Source: the human T2T-CHM13v2.0 reference genome, Homo sapiens. From it: a DNA stretch of 64,000 nt. Under the pieces are notes generated by a model, which saw nothing but the letters and a program-made list of their open reading frames with translations, did no database searches and had not been told where the DNA came from. Each line of letters opens with the position of its first letter. Within the stretch, counting starts at the first letter, position 1. The stretch lies in NCBI RefSeq assembly GCF_009914755.1, contig NC_060946.1, one strand, 5' to 3'. Shown piece after piece: positions 39,369 to 64,000 of the stretch. The translations under genes and the position numbers were made by a program.

Positions 39369-39988
39369 CGTAGGGGCCAAAGGACAGCTTCTCCTTCTCC
39401 CTCTAGAGGTTTGCCGGAAATGCACTGACAATAGGCAGATAAATAGAAGAAAAAAAGCATAAAAAATGTATTTAACATGCCTAGCACAGGGGAATCATAG
39501 GAGAATGATTACCCAGTTATCCATTGAGGTCCAGATGTTTATATCCGCTTCTTCGCTGGGGAAGGGGAGACGGGGCTGTAGGAGTGAATGACTGTTAGGA
39601 GGCATTAATGGGCCTGGGAGGCAGACATTATCTTACAGATGATTTTCTTTGGAAATTGAGTGGGACCGAAGAAGAAACACTCATTTGGGACAAAGTTTGT
39701 CTGGACTCTAGATGTGGTGTTTAATTTTCTCTTCCTCTGTGATATGAATTTTAATCTCCAGTTAATGAAATTTCAGGGAAGGGATCGAAAGCAATCGTGT
39801 TCCTCTTTGGGGTCCAGTTTCTAGCAGATAAGGGAACTTCGGAGAACAGCCTCCTCCTGTGCTTTGGGAGAGACAGAGGATTGACAGAGAGGATGGGGGA
39901 AAGGTTGGCAGAGAGACCTTGAGGTTGCGTCTTTATTCAGCCTATCAAAGCGCCTTATTTGGCAGGTATCACTTTCTGAGCCCCGAGA
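39369..39988 (-). mobile_element. ERV1-class solo LTR (MER39/MER34-like)
   Basis: Minus strand begins GGGGCTCAGAAAGTGATACC..GGCGCTTTGA and ends CCCCTAC; family assignment from memory. Confidence 0.6.
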
Positions 39989-40854
39989 GCTATTTCCTCT
40001 CTATCTGACATTTTCCTGGTGCTTGCTTTGCTGCACCAGGAAAATGTCAGCAACCTGTTTGTTGCCTACTTCCATCCCAAGAACAGAGCCGTCCTTGGCT
40101 AGCAGGAGTGAGCTGGAATGTTCCAAGAGTGGTGAGGATGAGGAGTGGAGCAGGGGAGGAGAGGAGGTTGAAGGAGGATTGGAAGGGGGGCAGACAGAGC
40201 AAAGGCCTTGAAGATCATTATGAGGACTTTGGCCTTTACTTTTCTTGGTAGTAATACGCCGCTATCATTGTCTTCCACAAATCAGCCACAAAGGCCACAG
40301 AAGCAGGGATCCACCTTTTTGTTCATTCCTTCAAGGATGCCCCTGGCCCAAGCAACCCTTCCGTTCCTCTTTGTCAGCCTCTGATTGCATCCAGGAATGT
40401 GGGTCTGGAGTTATCTAGTCCATAAGTCTGGGTGCCTGGTGAATCTGTGCTCCCTGACCCCAACCCCCAGCCCCATCTCGCCTCCTCTGGCCATCTCTTC
40501 ACTAGGATCAGGGCCTGGGCCGCATGGATCCCAGCACAGGACCTGGCAGTCAGGTGTTCAGCAGGAGACGAGTGAGTGGGCCCAAGAGTGGGGAGAATTC
40601 CTGTGATGAGCTGCACTACACCACAGCCAGAACGCCCAGGGTTCAAATTCCAGGACAATGTGTGCCTGTGATCTTGGTCAAGTTCCTAAACGTTTCTCTA
40701 CCCCTCATCTGAGGGACTCTAGCACAGCCTGAGCACAAGACAGATGCTAAATGCCCATCCTCAATTGAATTCGTCCAGAGATGTCACTTCCCCTCCCCAT
40801 TGCCCAGTGTCCCCCGGGGCACCTTTACATAGCAGCTTTCCCTAGGTCCTATTC

Positions 40855-41148
40855 TTTTTTTTTTTTTTTTAGATGGAGTCTTGCCCTGTCGCCCAGGCGG
40901 GAATGCTGCGGCATGATCTTGGCTCACTGCAACCTCCGATCCCTGAGTTCAAGCAATTCTCCTGCCTCAGCCACCCTAGTAGCTGGAATTACAGGCGCCT
41001 GCCACCACACCCACCTAATTTTTGTATTTTTAGTAGAGATGGGGTTCCACCATATTGGCCAGTCTGGTCTCGAACTCCTGACCTTGTGATCTGCCTGCCT
41101 CGGCCTCCCAAAGTGCTGGGATTACAAGCGTAAGCCACCGTGTCCGGC
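40855..41148 (-). mobile_element. Alu with TSD TCCCTAGGTCCTATTCT
   Basis: Reverse Alu with a 17-bp flanking repeat. Confidence 0.92.
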
Positions 41149-41253
41149 TCCCTAGGTCCTATTCTATGGGACTGGGGAGAGAAGGGGTTGGGGAGGCTAT
41201 TGTGCCCAATCACAAGAGTCTAGGCTGAAAGGATCCTTAAGACCTTTATTTTA

Positions 41254-41685
<432 letters not shown>

Positions 41686-43666
41686 TCAGGTGACTGCATC
41701 TCCCTGAGAACCGGGGACTCCTGCAGGGGCCAGAGGAAGGGTGGCCCTGTCCCCACCTTCCCTTTCTCCCATGGCCACCCCCAGCAGCCTTGACAGCAAG
41801 GAGTAGAAATGCTGACCCACCCTCACCCTAATTCAGACCAATTATGGAGATGTCTGCCTACTGCCTGGCCTTGGGCTGGGCAAGAAGCTGGGTTAGGCTG
41901 GGGATATCCAGGGATGGGGCAGGAAGCTGTGCCAGGAGGTGAGAGATGGGGCTGGGGCAGGCTGGGAAAAGACAGAGAAAACTGAAGCTGGGCTCCCCAG
42001 ACCTGGCTCCCATCGCTGAGACTGTGCCATTCAGCCCCGTCCCTGCCCCTCTCTGTGCCTCAGTTTGCCCCTCTGCACCACAAGGTGGTTGGAGGGAGAT
42101 GCTCACCCTGGCAAGCCCCCTGCACCTGAGAGGAGCTCCCAGGGGGCCACAGGACACAGCCAAGGGTGGCCATGGGAGCTCAAGCCACCCACCAGCATCT
42201 CCATGGAGGAACTCTGCCTGGGGCCCTGAATTCCAGTGTGCCTGTGGAATCACTGGGGCTGAGTCAGAGGAAAGGGCGGGCCAGGGGAGCCACGGCTCTG
42301 AGTCACTGGGGCTCCGCGGGCTGGCGTGCCTTCCTCTGCCGCCCACCCAACCACCCACTCAACCATGGAGTCCCAACCACGGAATCATCCTGACCTGGAT
42401 TCAAATCCCAGATCAGTGAGGTCGTGAGGTCATGACCCTGGACAGGACCGATGTGTAGAGACAATCATGGTTGTGTCTGATTAAATGAATGACTTTATGT
42501 GAAGTGCTTGGCACAAAGTTGGCACTCAGTGACAAACACTTTGCTCAGTAGCAAACAGTTTTGAGCCCTTACTATGCACCCAACATATGACGTACCAGCA
42601 TTTTCCAGGGTTAGCTCCTTAAATCTTCCTAATAAACCCAGGAGGTAAATCCTCCTATTCTCCCCACTTTTCAGATGATGGAACAAGTTTGGTGAGGTCC
42701 CACAGTGGGCACGTGTGGACCTGAAAGGGAATTATCACAGATGTTAAGTGTGGGATGAGGGCCTGCCTTGCCCCGCCCCTCACCCTGCAGCCCAGGTTGT
42801 GACATTCCCCCACCTGCCAGCACAGTCCCCTGCCAGTCTCTGTGCCCAGCCCTGTTTGTTGCCCTGAGGATCCAAATGAATGGACCAACCCAAGCACTGC
42901 TTTGAGGAAGCAGGTTCATACCCAACCACTTTAAGTTGCTGGCAGCGATGAGAGGAGGAAATCCTCGACTCTGCCCAGGGGCATCAAAAACTAAAGCAGA
43001 AGAAGAGGCAAAAGAGGAAAGGTGCTCCAGGCAGGAGGAACGGTCAGTGCAAAGGCCCAGAGCCCAGAAGTCTCATGCCAGGCTCCCACAGGGATCCTTG
43101 TCCTTCGCTTGCTTTAACTTGCACAGTTTCAGTCCTGTTCGTCCTTGTTCCCATGACTCAGGCGCCCCTCGCACAGGGGAGGAGCAGCTGGTGAGTGGGC
43201 CATCCCTGCCCGGAAGGCTGGTGAATAACTGTCCCACTGGGGTTCACACTATGGACTGTGCCAGGTGCCGAACTCATTCCATCTCACGCTACCCCAGGGG
43301 GCGGGGCCTGTGACTACCCCAGGTCCAAGTGAGGAGGCCCAGGCTCAGGTAAGGCCACGGGCAGAGCGCCCCGGTCCCACCCAGCCACCTATGTCAGCCT
43401 CAACGCACTCTTGGGAGAATGAGCAGCCTCTGTGGCTGTGGAAACCCAAGTTGAAATCCCTACTCTGCCACTCTTTTGTTACTGGACTTTGGGGAGTTGA
43501 CACCTCCTTTCTGGGCCCCATTTTCCATCCCTGTGCAGTGGGGGCGGCCTGAACGAAAGGGACAGCAGCATGGCCTGGGGTCAGGAGCACCGGCTCTGGA
43601 GCCGGAGCACCTGCATTCACACCCTCTCTCTGGGCCTCAGTCTCCTTATGGGGAGGATAGGAGTAA

Positions 43667-44393
<727 letters not shown>

Positions 44394-44786
44394 GCACCTA
44401 CCGGATAGGGTTGTTCCGAGGACAGAATGAGTTAATACACATAAATAGCTTAGCACAGTGGCCTCCACATAGTAGGTGTTCAGCACAGTGTTGGCTGTTG
44501 TCATCTATGAGTATCCTATCTGCTGGGACAACCCATGACCAGCAATCGGGGTGGCAGCAAATTCTGCTCATTCCCCCCACCCCCCCGCCACTCCCGTGCC
44601 CATCCTGGCCTAAGTCCCGCACACCTGGCCCCAAAGACACCTCTGGACTAGCTCCACCCCTCTGTCTGGAATGCTTTTCCCTCCCCTTTCCTCATGCCCC
44701 GCTCCAAAACACCCTTTGGTTCTCTGCTCACAGGTCCTCTCCTCAGGGAGGTCTCCCTGCCCACCGAGTAGGAAGGAGATCCTCCA

Positions 44787-45173
<387 letters not shown>

Positions 45174-45586
45174 CTCCAATTAGCTTTTTTGTCTCCAGCC
45201 CCTATTTTTCACTTTGGTACTCTCATCAAAATCTGTCAACTCTTTTATGTATTTGTCCACTTCCGTCTCTATAGAATGTAAACCCCTGAGAGCAGAGGTG
45301 GTGTTCGCACCTCCATCGCCGCATCCCTAGAGCCTAGCTCAGTGCCTGGCGCGCAGCTGGTACTCCACAGATATAGGTACAATCAATGAATGAATAGTAC
45401 GTAGTAGGTTCCTAGTAAATCCCACACACTAAGCCTAGCTCATCAGTGACTGGCATACAGGTGCTCTCAAGAGATATGTGTAAAATGAATTAATTAATAG
45501 TATGAATTAGGTTCCCAATGAGCGGGCTCCCAGAGAGCAGGATAGGACCCTAGCGCTCGGGGCAATATAATAATTGCTAACATTAT

Positions 45587-46189
<603 letters not shown>

Positions 46190-46491
46190 GGCCGGGCGCG
46201 GTGGCTCACGCCTGTAATCCCAGCACTTTGGGAGGCCGAGGCGGGTGGATCATGAGGTCAGGAGATCGAGACCATCCTGGCTAACAAGGTGAAACCCCGT
46301 CTCTACTAAAAATACAAAAAATTAGCCGGGCGCGGTGGCGGGCGCCTGTAGTCCCAGCTACTCAGGAGGCTGAGGCAGGAGAATGGCGTGAACCCGGGAA
46401 GCGGAGCTTGCAGTGAGCCGAGATTGCGCCACTGCAGTCCGCAGTCCGGCCTGGGCGACAGAGTGTGACTCCGTCTCAAAAAAAAAAAAAG
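46190..46491 (+). mobile_element. AluYb8 (young, human-specific subfamily)
   Basis: Diagnostic 7-bp duplication GCAGTCC-GCAGTCC (46434-46447), plus GGTGGATCATGAGG, AACAAGGTG, GGGAAGCGG and GATTGCGCC. CpGs largely intact; TSD AAAAAATAATAATAATA. Confidence 0.92.
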
Positions 46492-46588
46492 AAAAAATAA
46501 TAATAATAATAATTGCCAACATTATGGAATGCTCGTTATATGCTAAGCAGCGTTCTGAGCACCTTTCCTCCCCACGACGAACCTGTGA

Positions 46589-46918
<330 letters not shown>

Positions 46919-47219
46919 AGCAGCCACAATTTCTATCCAGATTTCATGGATGAGGAAACTGAGGCTCAGAGGCAAGTAACTTGCTCCAGGGCACCCAGCT
47001 ATGTGTCCTGGAATTTGAACCTAGACACACTCTGGTTCATAAAGTTGGCTTGCTTTTCAACACTGCCCACTACTGCAAGCAGGAAGACTTCCTGGAGGAG
47101 ATGTGGCAGAAGCTGGGCCTGGGAGAGTGGAACAAATTCCTACAATAGGGAACTGAGTCGCTGGGTGCAGCAGCTGGCAGGAGTGGAGCAGAGAGGGCAC
47201 TGGGGAATAAAGTTGGCAG

Positions 47220-48206
<987 letters not shown>

Positions 48207-48339
48207 TGATGAAAAAACAGCATTTAAGTGTTATAAACCCCGAGAAAGCAAAAATAACATCAACAATAATAGTAGGAGGGGAAATAGGGAAAAATGTAAA
48301 AGAGCTTTCACCTTTTGTTAGAAAGAACCGATTCAAACT

Positions 48340-53200
<4,861 letters not shown>

Positions 53201-53201
53201 C

Positions 53202-54567
<1,366 letters not shown>

Positions 54568-54819
54568 ACCCCCAAAGGTAAATTATATGCAATCATATGG
54601 AATAAATGCAAAAATGTCATTATGTGGAAAAAGACAGTAGAGAATTGTATATCGTATGCCACCATTTGCTTTTAAAAAGAAGTGGGGGAATGTGTGTGTG
54701 GTGTGTGTGTCTGCATATACTGTGTACATGTACATACATATATACATATATAAATCATCCCAGATCATCTCTGGGAGAATATGGAGGAAACTGCCATCAG
54801 TTATTGTTTTTCATTTATT

Positions 54820-55638
<819 letters not shown>

Positions 55639-56342
55639 TAACCCAGTTAAGTATATTTTTTAAATCACTAAATAGTTCACACATATGCAAATGTTTAGAG
55701 AAAAACAATGAACACCAAAATATTCAAAAAGACTAATGTTTGGAAAGTACTCAGAATTGTATTCCCCAAAAATTCATTCCCCCAAGACCCACAGGCCTCA
55801 GGGGTCTGCAGGTCTCTCTCAGGGCCAGAGACGGGGAAGGGGCCACCTGGCAAGGGCGGTCCTTGGCACCTTCCCCCCTTTACAGAAGAGGTGTAGAGAT
55901 GAGGGTCTCACTATGTTGCCCAAGCTGGTCTCGAACTACTGGGCTCAAGCAATCCTCCTGCGTCAGCTTCCCAATAGCAGGACACCCTGAGAAGTCTGAA
56001 GGCTCACGCCCAGACCCACGCACAGGTCTAGTTTTGGTCCACAGCATGGCGTGGGTGTGGCTTTGGAGTTGGCGGCAGCTGAAGGCTGGGTGACGTTAGC
56101 AAGGTCTCAGCCTCAGTCTCCTTATCTGAAAAACTGGATAGTAATTCCCTCTTTATACTGCGGCCATGAAGAAGAGGGCTGATGTGGGTGGAGTGACTGG
56201 TGGGGCAGGCGCTCTGTAAGTGGCTGTCAGCAGGGCAGGGGCTGGGCTCAAGCCTGTGACCACACTGCTCCAAGCTGGACACACGGTGGCGCCCTCGTCC
56301 CACAGGTGCAGCACCAGTTCTAGCCTCTGGTGGCATCGGTTA

Positions 56343-57590
<1,248 letters not shown>

Positions 57591-58579
57591 ATGTTTAAAT
57601 TTTCTTCCTGCCACTCGGTTCACTGACTCCCACTCCTAATAGCCTACAGGATTGTGCCCAAGGCCCCAAACTCCTGGCCCCCTACTTCCCCCCAAAACCC
57701 AAACTCCACCACACCCACTGCTCTCCAAACACACAGGCTATTTGACACCTCTGCACTCTTGCTTTGGCAGCTCTCTGTCTGGGATGCCCTTCCCTTGCTG
57801 ATCCCCTGGACGACTACTACAGACATTTCAAAGTCCTCCTTCAACATCCCCTGCTAAGTATATTAGTATCTTCTGAATCAATGGCTTCCAGGACACTCAC
57901 ACTCCTCCATCTCCCTCAGCCCACTGTGTTCCTCGCTCCTTGTTTCATCACCAGCAGCTCAGCTACATGCCCCACCCCCTCCACTAGTCCTCTCCTGGCC
58001 TCTCCATCCCCAGAACTAATGCCCTCGTTCAGGAACCCCATCTCCCACCAGGCTTCTTGTGCCTACTCCTAACTGGTCCCTCTGCCCTGGTCTGGCCCCT
58101 CCAGTCCATCACCACTCTGTAGCCCTGGCGTTCAGCTCTACCATGTCACTCCTCTGCTCAAGAGCCTTCCATGGCTCCCTGCTGCCCTGAGGAGAATATC
58201 CAAAGGGAATGATAGTATCTTCAAATGCTCCTTCCCACCTCTCACCCCACCACTGTCCAACACATCCATGTGCTACACACCTCTGGGCATTTGCACAGGC
58301 AGTGGCCTTCCCCTGGCATGTCCTCTCCCTGTCTGCCAGGCATGCTCCAACCCATGTCTTGGGCAGCCCCTCCCACAGTACCCACCATTCAGCAGTGGCA
58401 TCAGCTAAAACATCACAAGGCTGACCATACACCAGGTGCTGTCGTAAGCTCTTTACATGTGTTAACCCTTTGGATTCTCATAACAACACCAGGAAAAAGC
58501 CACCATTCCTGTGTCCAGCTCACGGATGGGAAAACCAAGGCCCAGATGGGAGAAGAACCATTCAGAAGTGGCAGAAGGA

Positions 58580-58873
58580 GGCCGGGCACGGTGGCTCACG
58601 CCTGTAATCCCAGCACTTTGGGAGGCCGAGGCGGGCGGATCACAAGGTCAGGAGATCGAGACCATCCTGGTTCACACGGTGAAACCCCATCTCTACTAAA
58701 AATTCAAAAAATTAGCCAGGCGTGGTGGTGGGCGCCTGTAGTCCCACCTACTCAGGAGGCTGAGGCAGGAGAATGGCGTGAACCTGGGAGGCGGAGCTTG
58801 CAGTGAGCCAAGATCGAGCCACTGCACTCCAGCCTGGGCGACAGAGCAACACTCTATGTCAAAAAAAAAAAAA
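58580..58873 (+). mobile_element. AluY with TSD AAGTGGCAGAAGGA
   Basis: Y diagnostics (GAGATCGAGACCATCCTGG, GGCGTGAACC, GGAGCTTGCAG) and flanking repeat. Confidence 0.9.
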
Positions 58874-59824
58874 GTGGCAGAAGGAGCCAAACCCAGCCTG
58901 CACTGTCAACCCTCCTGGTAGGGGCCTCAGAATTGTTGAACCTCCCCTTACCCATACCAAGCCCAAATGCACCACCCTCTCCTCCGTGGATTCCAAATTT
59001 TGTAAACACATCCCTCACTGTGCTGTGCAAGGGTTACCCCGATTACACGGTGGTCTTCCCCTCCCAGAAGCCCCCGGAAAACTTCACTGTTCTTGTCTAG
59101 GTCCCTGGTAACTGGCACAGTGCAGGAGTTTAATAAACGAGAATGAATGAGCTCATGAGCAAATGGTTTCCAGGGAAATTGGGCCCTGGGGATTTCTCAC
59201 CCTCCTCAAAGAACAAATTATGCAAATTCTCTGGGACCAGGCCCTCTGCTTTCCTCCTCCCCACTAGGTTTCTGGGAGGGTGTCTGGGCTCACCAGAAAG
59301 TGCCCCGGGCTCTCTAGTGGCCCGTTTCCTGATTACAAATGAAACTAGGGCTTAAAGCTGGTGAATCACTAGCAACTGCCAGCCAGGGCGTGCTGGGTGT
59401 CAGGTGGGGTGGATGGGAGAAGGCAGGCTCACAACCAGACTTCCCTACTACTCCTGCCACCCCCAACTTTGCCATCGTGGCATGACCTCCCCAGCCACTG
59501 ATGACACTAGCTAGGAAAGAGCCTAGCTCTGGGGGCTAGACAAGCTTGAGCAACTCCTGGACTGTCCACACTCCTATCCCTGAGCCTACCACCCCTGGGT
59601 CCCAGGAACCCACAGCCTGAACCATTCGCAAACCTCTTTCCCAAGCCCAGTCTCAGGTAACTCAGGGATGGTATCCAGGGAGGTACTGTATCCCCATTTT
59701 AGAAATACAGAAACCAAAGTTCAGGGTGAGGGAACTACCCAAGACCACCCCAAAGAAAGTAAGTAGGGCCTAGGAAGTTGAACCCCAGTCTTCTGCCTCT
59801 CCAGTGGGGTTTAAAGCAGAACTG

Positions 59825-60235
<411 letters not shown>

Positions 60236-60615
60236 TGATTCAAACGTCACAAACTTAGAGGGCAAAAGAGTGAAAAGTAAGGATCCCAGCTCCTACCCAA
60301 GACTCCTGGAGGAATTTCATCAAGTGTTCAAGGACCCTGAGGCAGGTTGGGAAACTGCAAACCAGTGGGTAAGAGCCCATGTCCAGGTGGACGCCTCACA
60401 AGTCACAGGGTTTTTGTGATGTTGGGCAAGTTTCTTAGCTTCTGTAGGTCTCAGTTTCCCCATCAGTGAAATGGGAACAAATCTTAGTACCTACTGCGAC
60501 ATAGGATTGTGGTGAGGATGACATGAATCAACACGGATGAGGCTCAGAGCAGTGCCAGGCGGGCAGTACATGCTCAATAAACAGTAGGGTTTTTAAAAGT
60601 ATTTTGAAAGATTCA

Positions 60616-61993
<1,378 letters not shown>

Positions 61994-64000
61994 AGAAGCT
62001 GATGTTTTGAACCACAGCCCCAGGGAGTTTCTTGGATCAGGCAAGTCTGGGAATCCTAGAGGCTGCGTATCAGGTCCTTCTTTGAAGACTCTTCTGGTGA
62101 AACACCTTCCGCCCACCTGTCAACATGTCCTTGGGGTAAAGCCAACTTTCTCTTCTTCTCAATTAATAATAATGTTTCCTAACTGGAATTGGGTGCACAC
62201 TAGTGCCAGGTGCTTTCTAAAATATAAATTAATTAATTTCATCCACCAGTAGCCCTCTGGGGCAATTATTTTTAGCTCCATCTTACAGAGGGGGAAACTG
62301 AGGCCAGGGGAGTTCATAACTCACCCAAGGTTACACAGCTGGAAATTTGGAAGAGCCAAGACTCTCTTCCCCACCACAGAACAGCCTGTGCGAGCCGCCC
62401 CAGCGCCTGGAGGCACCGACCCAGAGCGGGTCTCACAAGGCTGAAAACCTGGGGTCTTCCCAGGGCAGTAGGGCGGCTTCATGGAACTAGAGGCTGTAGT
62501 CCCAGTCCCAGTCCCCAGGCCCTTCCCCTCGCCAAGTCTGCATAGCCACATCAAATTGTGGTGGTTCCTTTACCAGGCTCCCCTCTGCCTTCCTGCCTGG
62601 GGCAAAAGAGGGCGCTCCAGAGCCACAGAAAGTCCACTGGGACAAATGACCTCATCCTTCCACCCCAGCCCTCCACTCCCTAAAACCTCCCCTCCTTCCC
62701 TCACCTGTGCCTTTCTCCAACCCTATCATGTCACTAGCACTTCTCTAGAAGTGCCATGCCTTTGGCCAGGTTGTTTCCTGGGCCAGGCACACTCTTTCAC
62801 AATTTTAGGCTTCTATATTGAGAGGGTGGCCTCCTTCCTCCAGGAAGCCCTCCCTGGCTGCCTCCTCTGAGCTAGCTAGCTCCAATGTGCCCCCACGGCC
62901 TCTGGGGGATGACTGCCCCAAGCATCAACCATGTTGTGCCCTAAGGGGCTGGGGTCCGGGAGGGGAGACGAGGACAGGGGTCACCTACCTCCTTTTGGGT
63001 TAGGTGAGGGAGCGTGTGGGGGATGGGGCAGGCCTCCCTCTGCCCGGCCTCTTCTGGACCAGCGACCCTGACCCTCAGGCCCTCGGTCAATACCCATTGG
63101 GCAACTACAGGATCGATCGGCTGGGGCTGCCTGGAGGGGGAGGTAGGCAGGGTTGTTTGCTTCCCCAGGGGCACCTTTGGCCAGCCCCACCCCTCCGTGG
63201 AGGTCTCCCCTGCCGGTCTCAGCCTCTTGACGTCCTCACCCCTCCTCTGGGATTGTGCAGGCAGCGGGGGGAAAAAGAGGGAGGCAGCAGCAGATGGGGG
63301 CTGACCCGGGAGCTGGCTCAACGCCCTGCCCTAGGGATGGAGAGACTGAGGCCGCCAGAGCCTGGTCAAGCCAGAGCTGAAGCCTCCGGCCCCAGCGGGA
63401 CGGGAAGGAATCTGGTCTCCTCCTTCCTGGCTCCCTCAGCCCCGCCCCCATCAGAGCTGGGGAGGCCCCGGGATGGGAGGAGAGGACTGGGGCGGGGCAC
63501 CCAGACTTGGAGTGGGGCCTGGAGCCCGGGATGCTTCCTGCGGACCTTCAACTCCCACATTCCAGGCTGTTCCCAAGACTCCTCGCTCCTCCTCCCTTCT
63601 CTACCCATCCCGTGTTGCGGGCGGGGGCGCGGGTGTTAGTGGCCAGGGTCTGAGCTAGCTGCCTGGGGCCTGTGGGGGTACTCGGGGGCCCCTCCTAGGG
63701 AGGGATTAGATCTACACTAGAGGGGCTGCCCTGGAGGCCTGTCCAAGCACCACCCAAGGGTACTTGTGATTGTCGTAAACAGGAAGCCCCCCTTTCCCCA
63801 CCGCACCATGTAGACAGGCCCTGTGTGTCCAGACGCTGCGCTCTGGAGGCCGGGGGCTCTTGACCTCCCCGGCTGCGTTTCCTGTTAGCTGAGCCAGAGG
63901 AGAAAGAAGGGGACTGAAATGGGCTGGACAGGGGAGGTGCCTCAGGGAGTGAGAGCAGAAGGGGAAAGAGCCAAGGAGTGAAAGGCCAGAGCTGCCTGGC

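Overview
Human genomic DNA that I recognise as the MFNG/CARD10 locus (chr22q13.1), with both genes on the minus strand. The window holds MFNG coding exon 1 (2787-3041) with its leader, promoter and part of intron 1. It also holds the complete CARD10 (CARMA3) gene. I traced all 20 coding exons by hand (ATG at 35892, TGA at 8024-8026). All introns are GT-AG and phase-consistent, and the spliced CDS is 3093 nt = 1030 aa, two residues shorter than the 1032-aa reference, consistent with a KE-repeat deletion allele. A CpG-island promoter sits at about 35.5-36.6 kb. The stretch from 37 to 64 kb is repeat-dense intergenic DNA (Alu, L1, MaLR/ERV1 LTRs, MER). There is no prokaryotic-type system or CRISPR array, and most long ORFs in the track are GC or repeat artefacts. 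The most interesting signals are candidate post-transcriptional switches. (1) A predicted 125-nt CARD10 leader intron would flip an upstream AUG between an overlapping out-of-frame uORF and an in-frame 52-aa N-terminal extension. (2) A strong-Kozak MFNG uORF lies in frame with a weak-Kozak main AUG behind a single UGA-C. (3) The exon 4 splice donor is triplicated at 59-bp period. (4) A pyrimidine-tract intron carries a lone cryptic AG exactly 300 nt upstream of the true acceptor. There are also genome-evolution oddities: an AluJ>AluS>AluYb8 stack at one site and two locally templated insertions. All regulatory interpretations are inference awaiting data, and repeat boundaries and subfamily calls are approximate.
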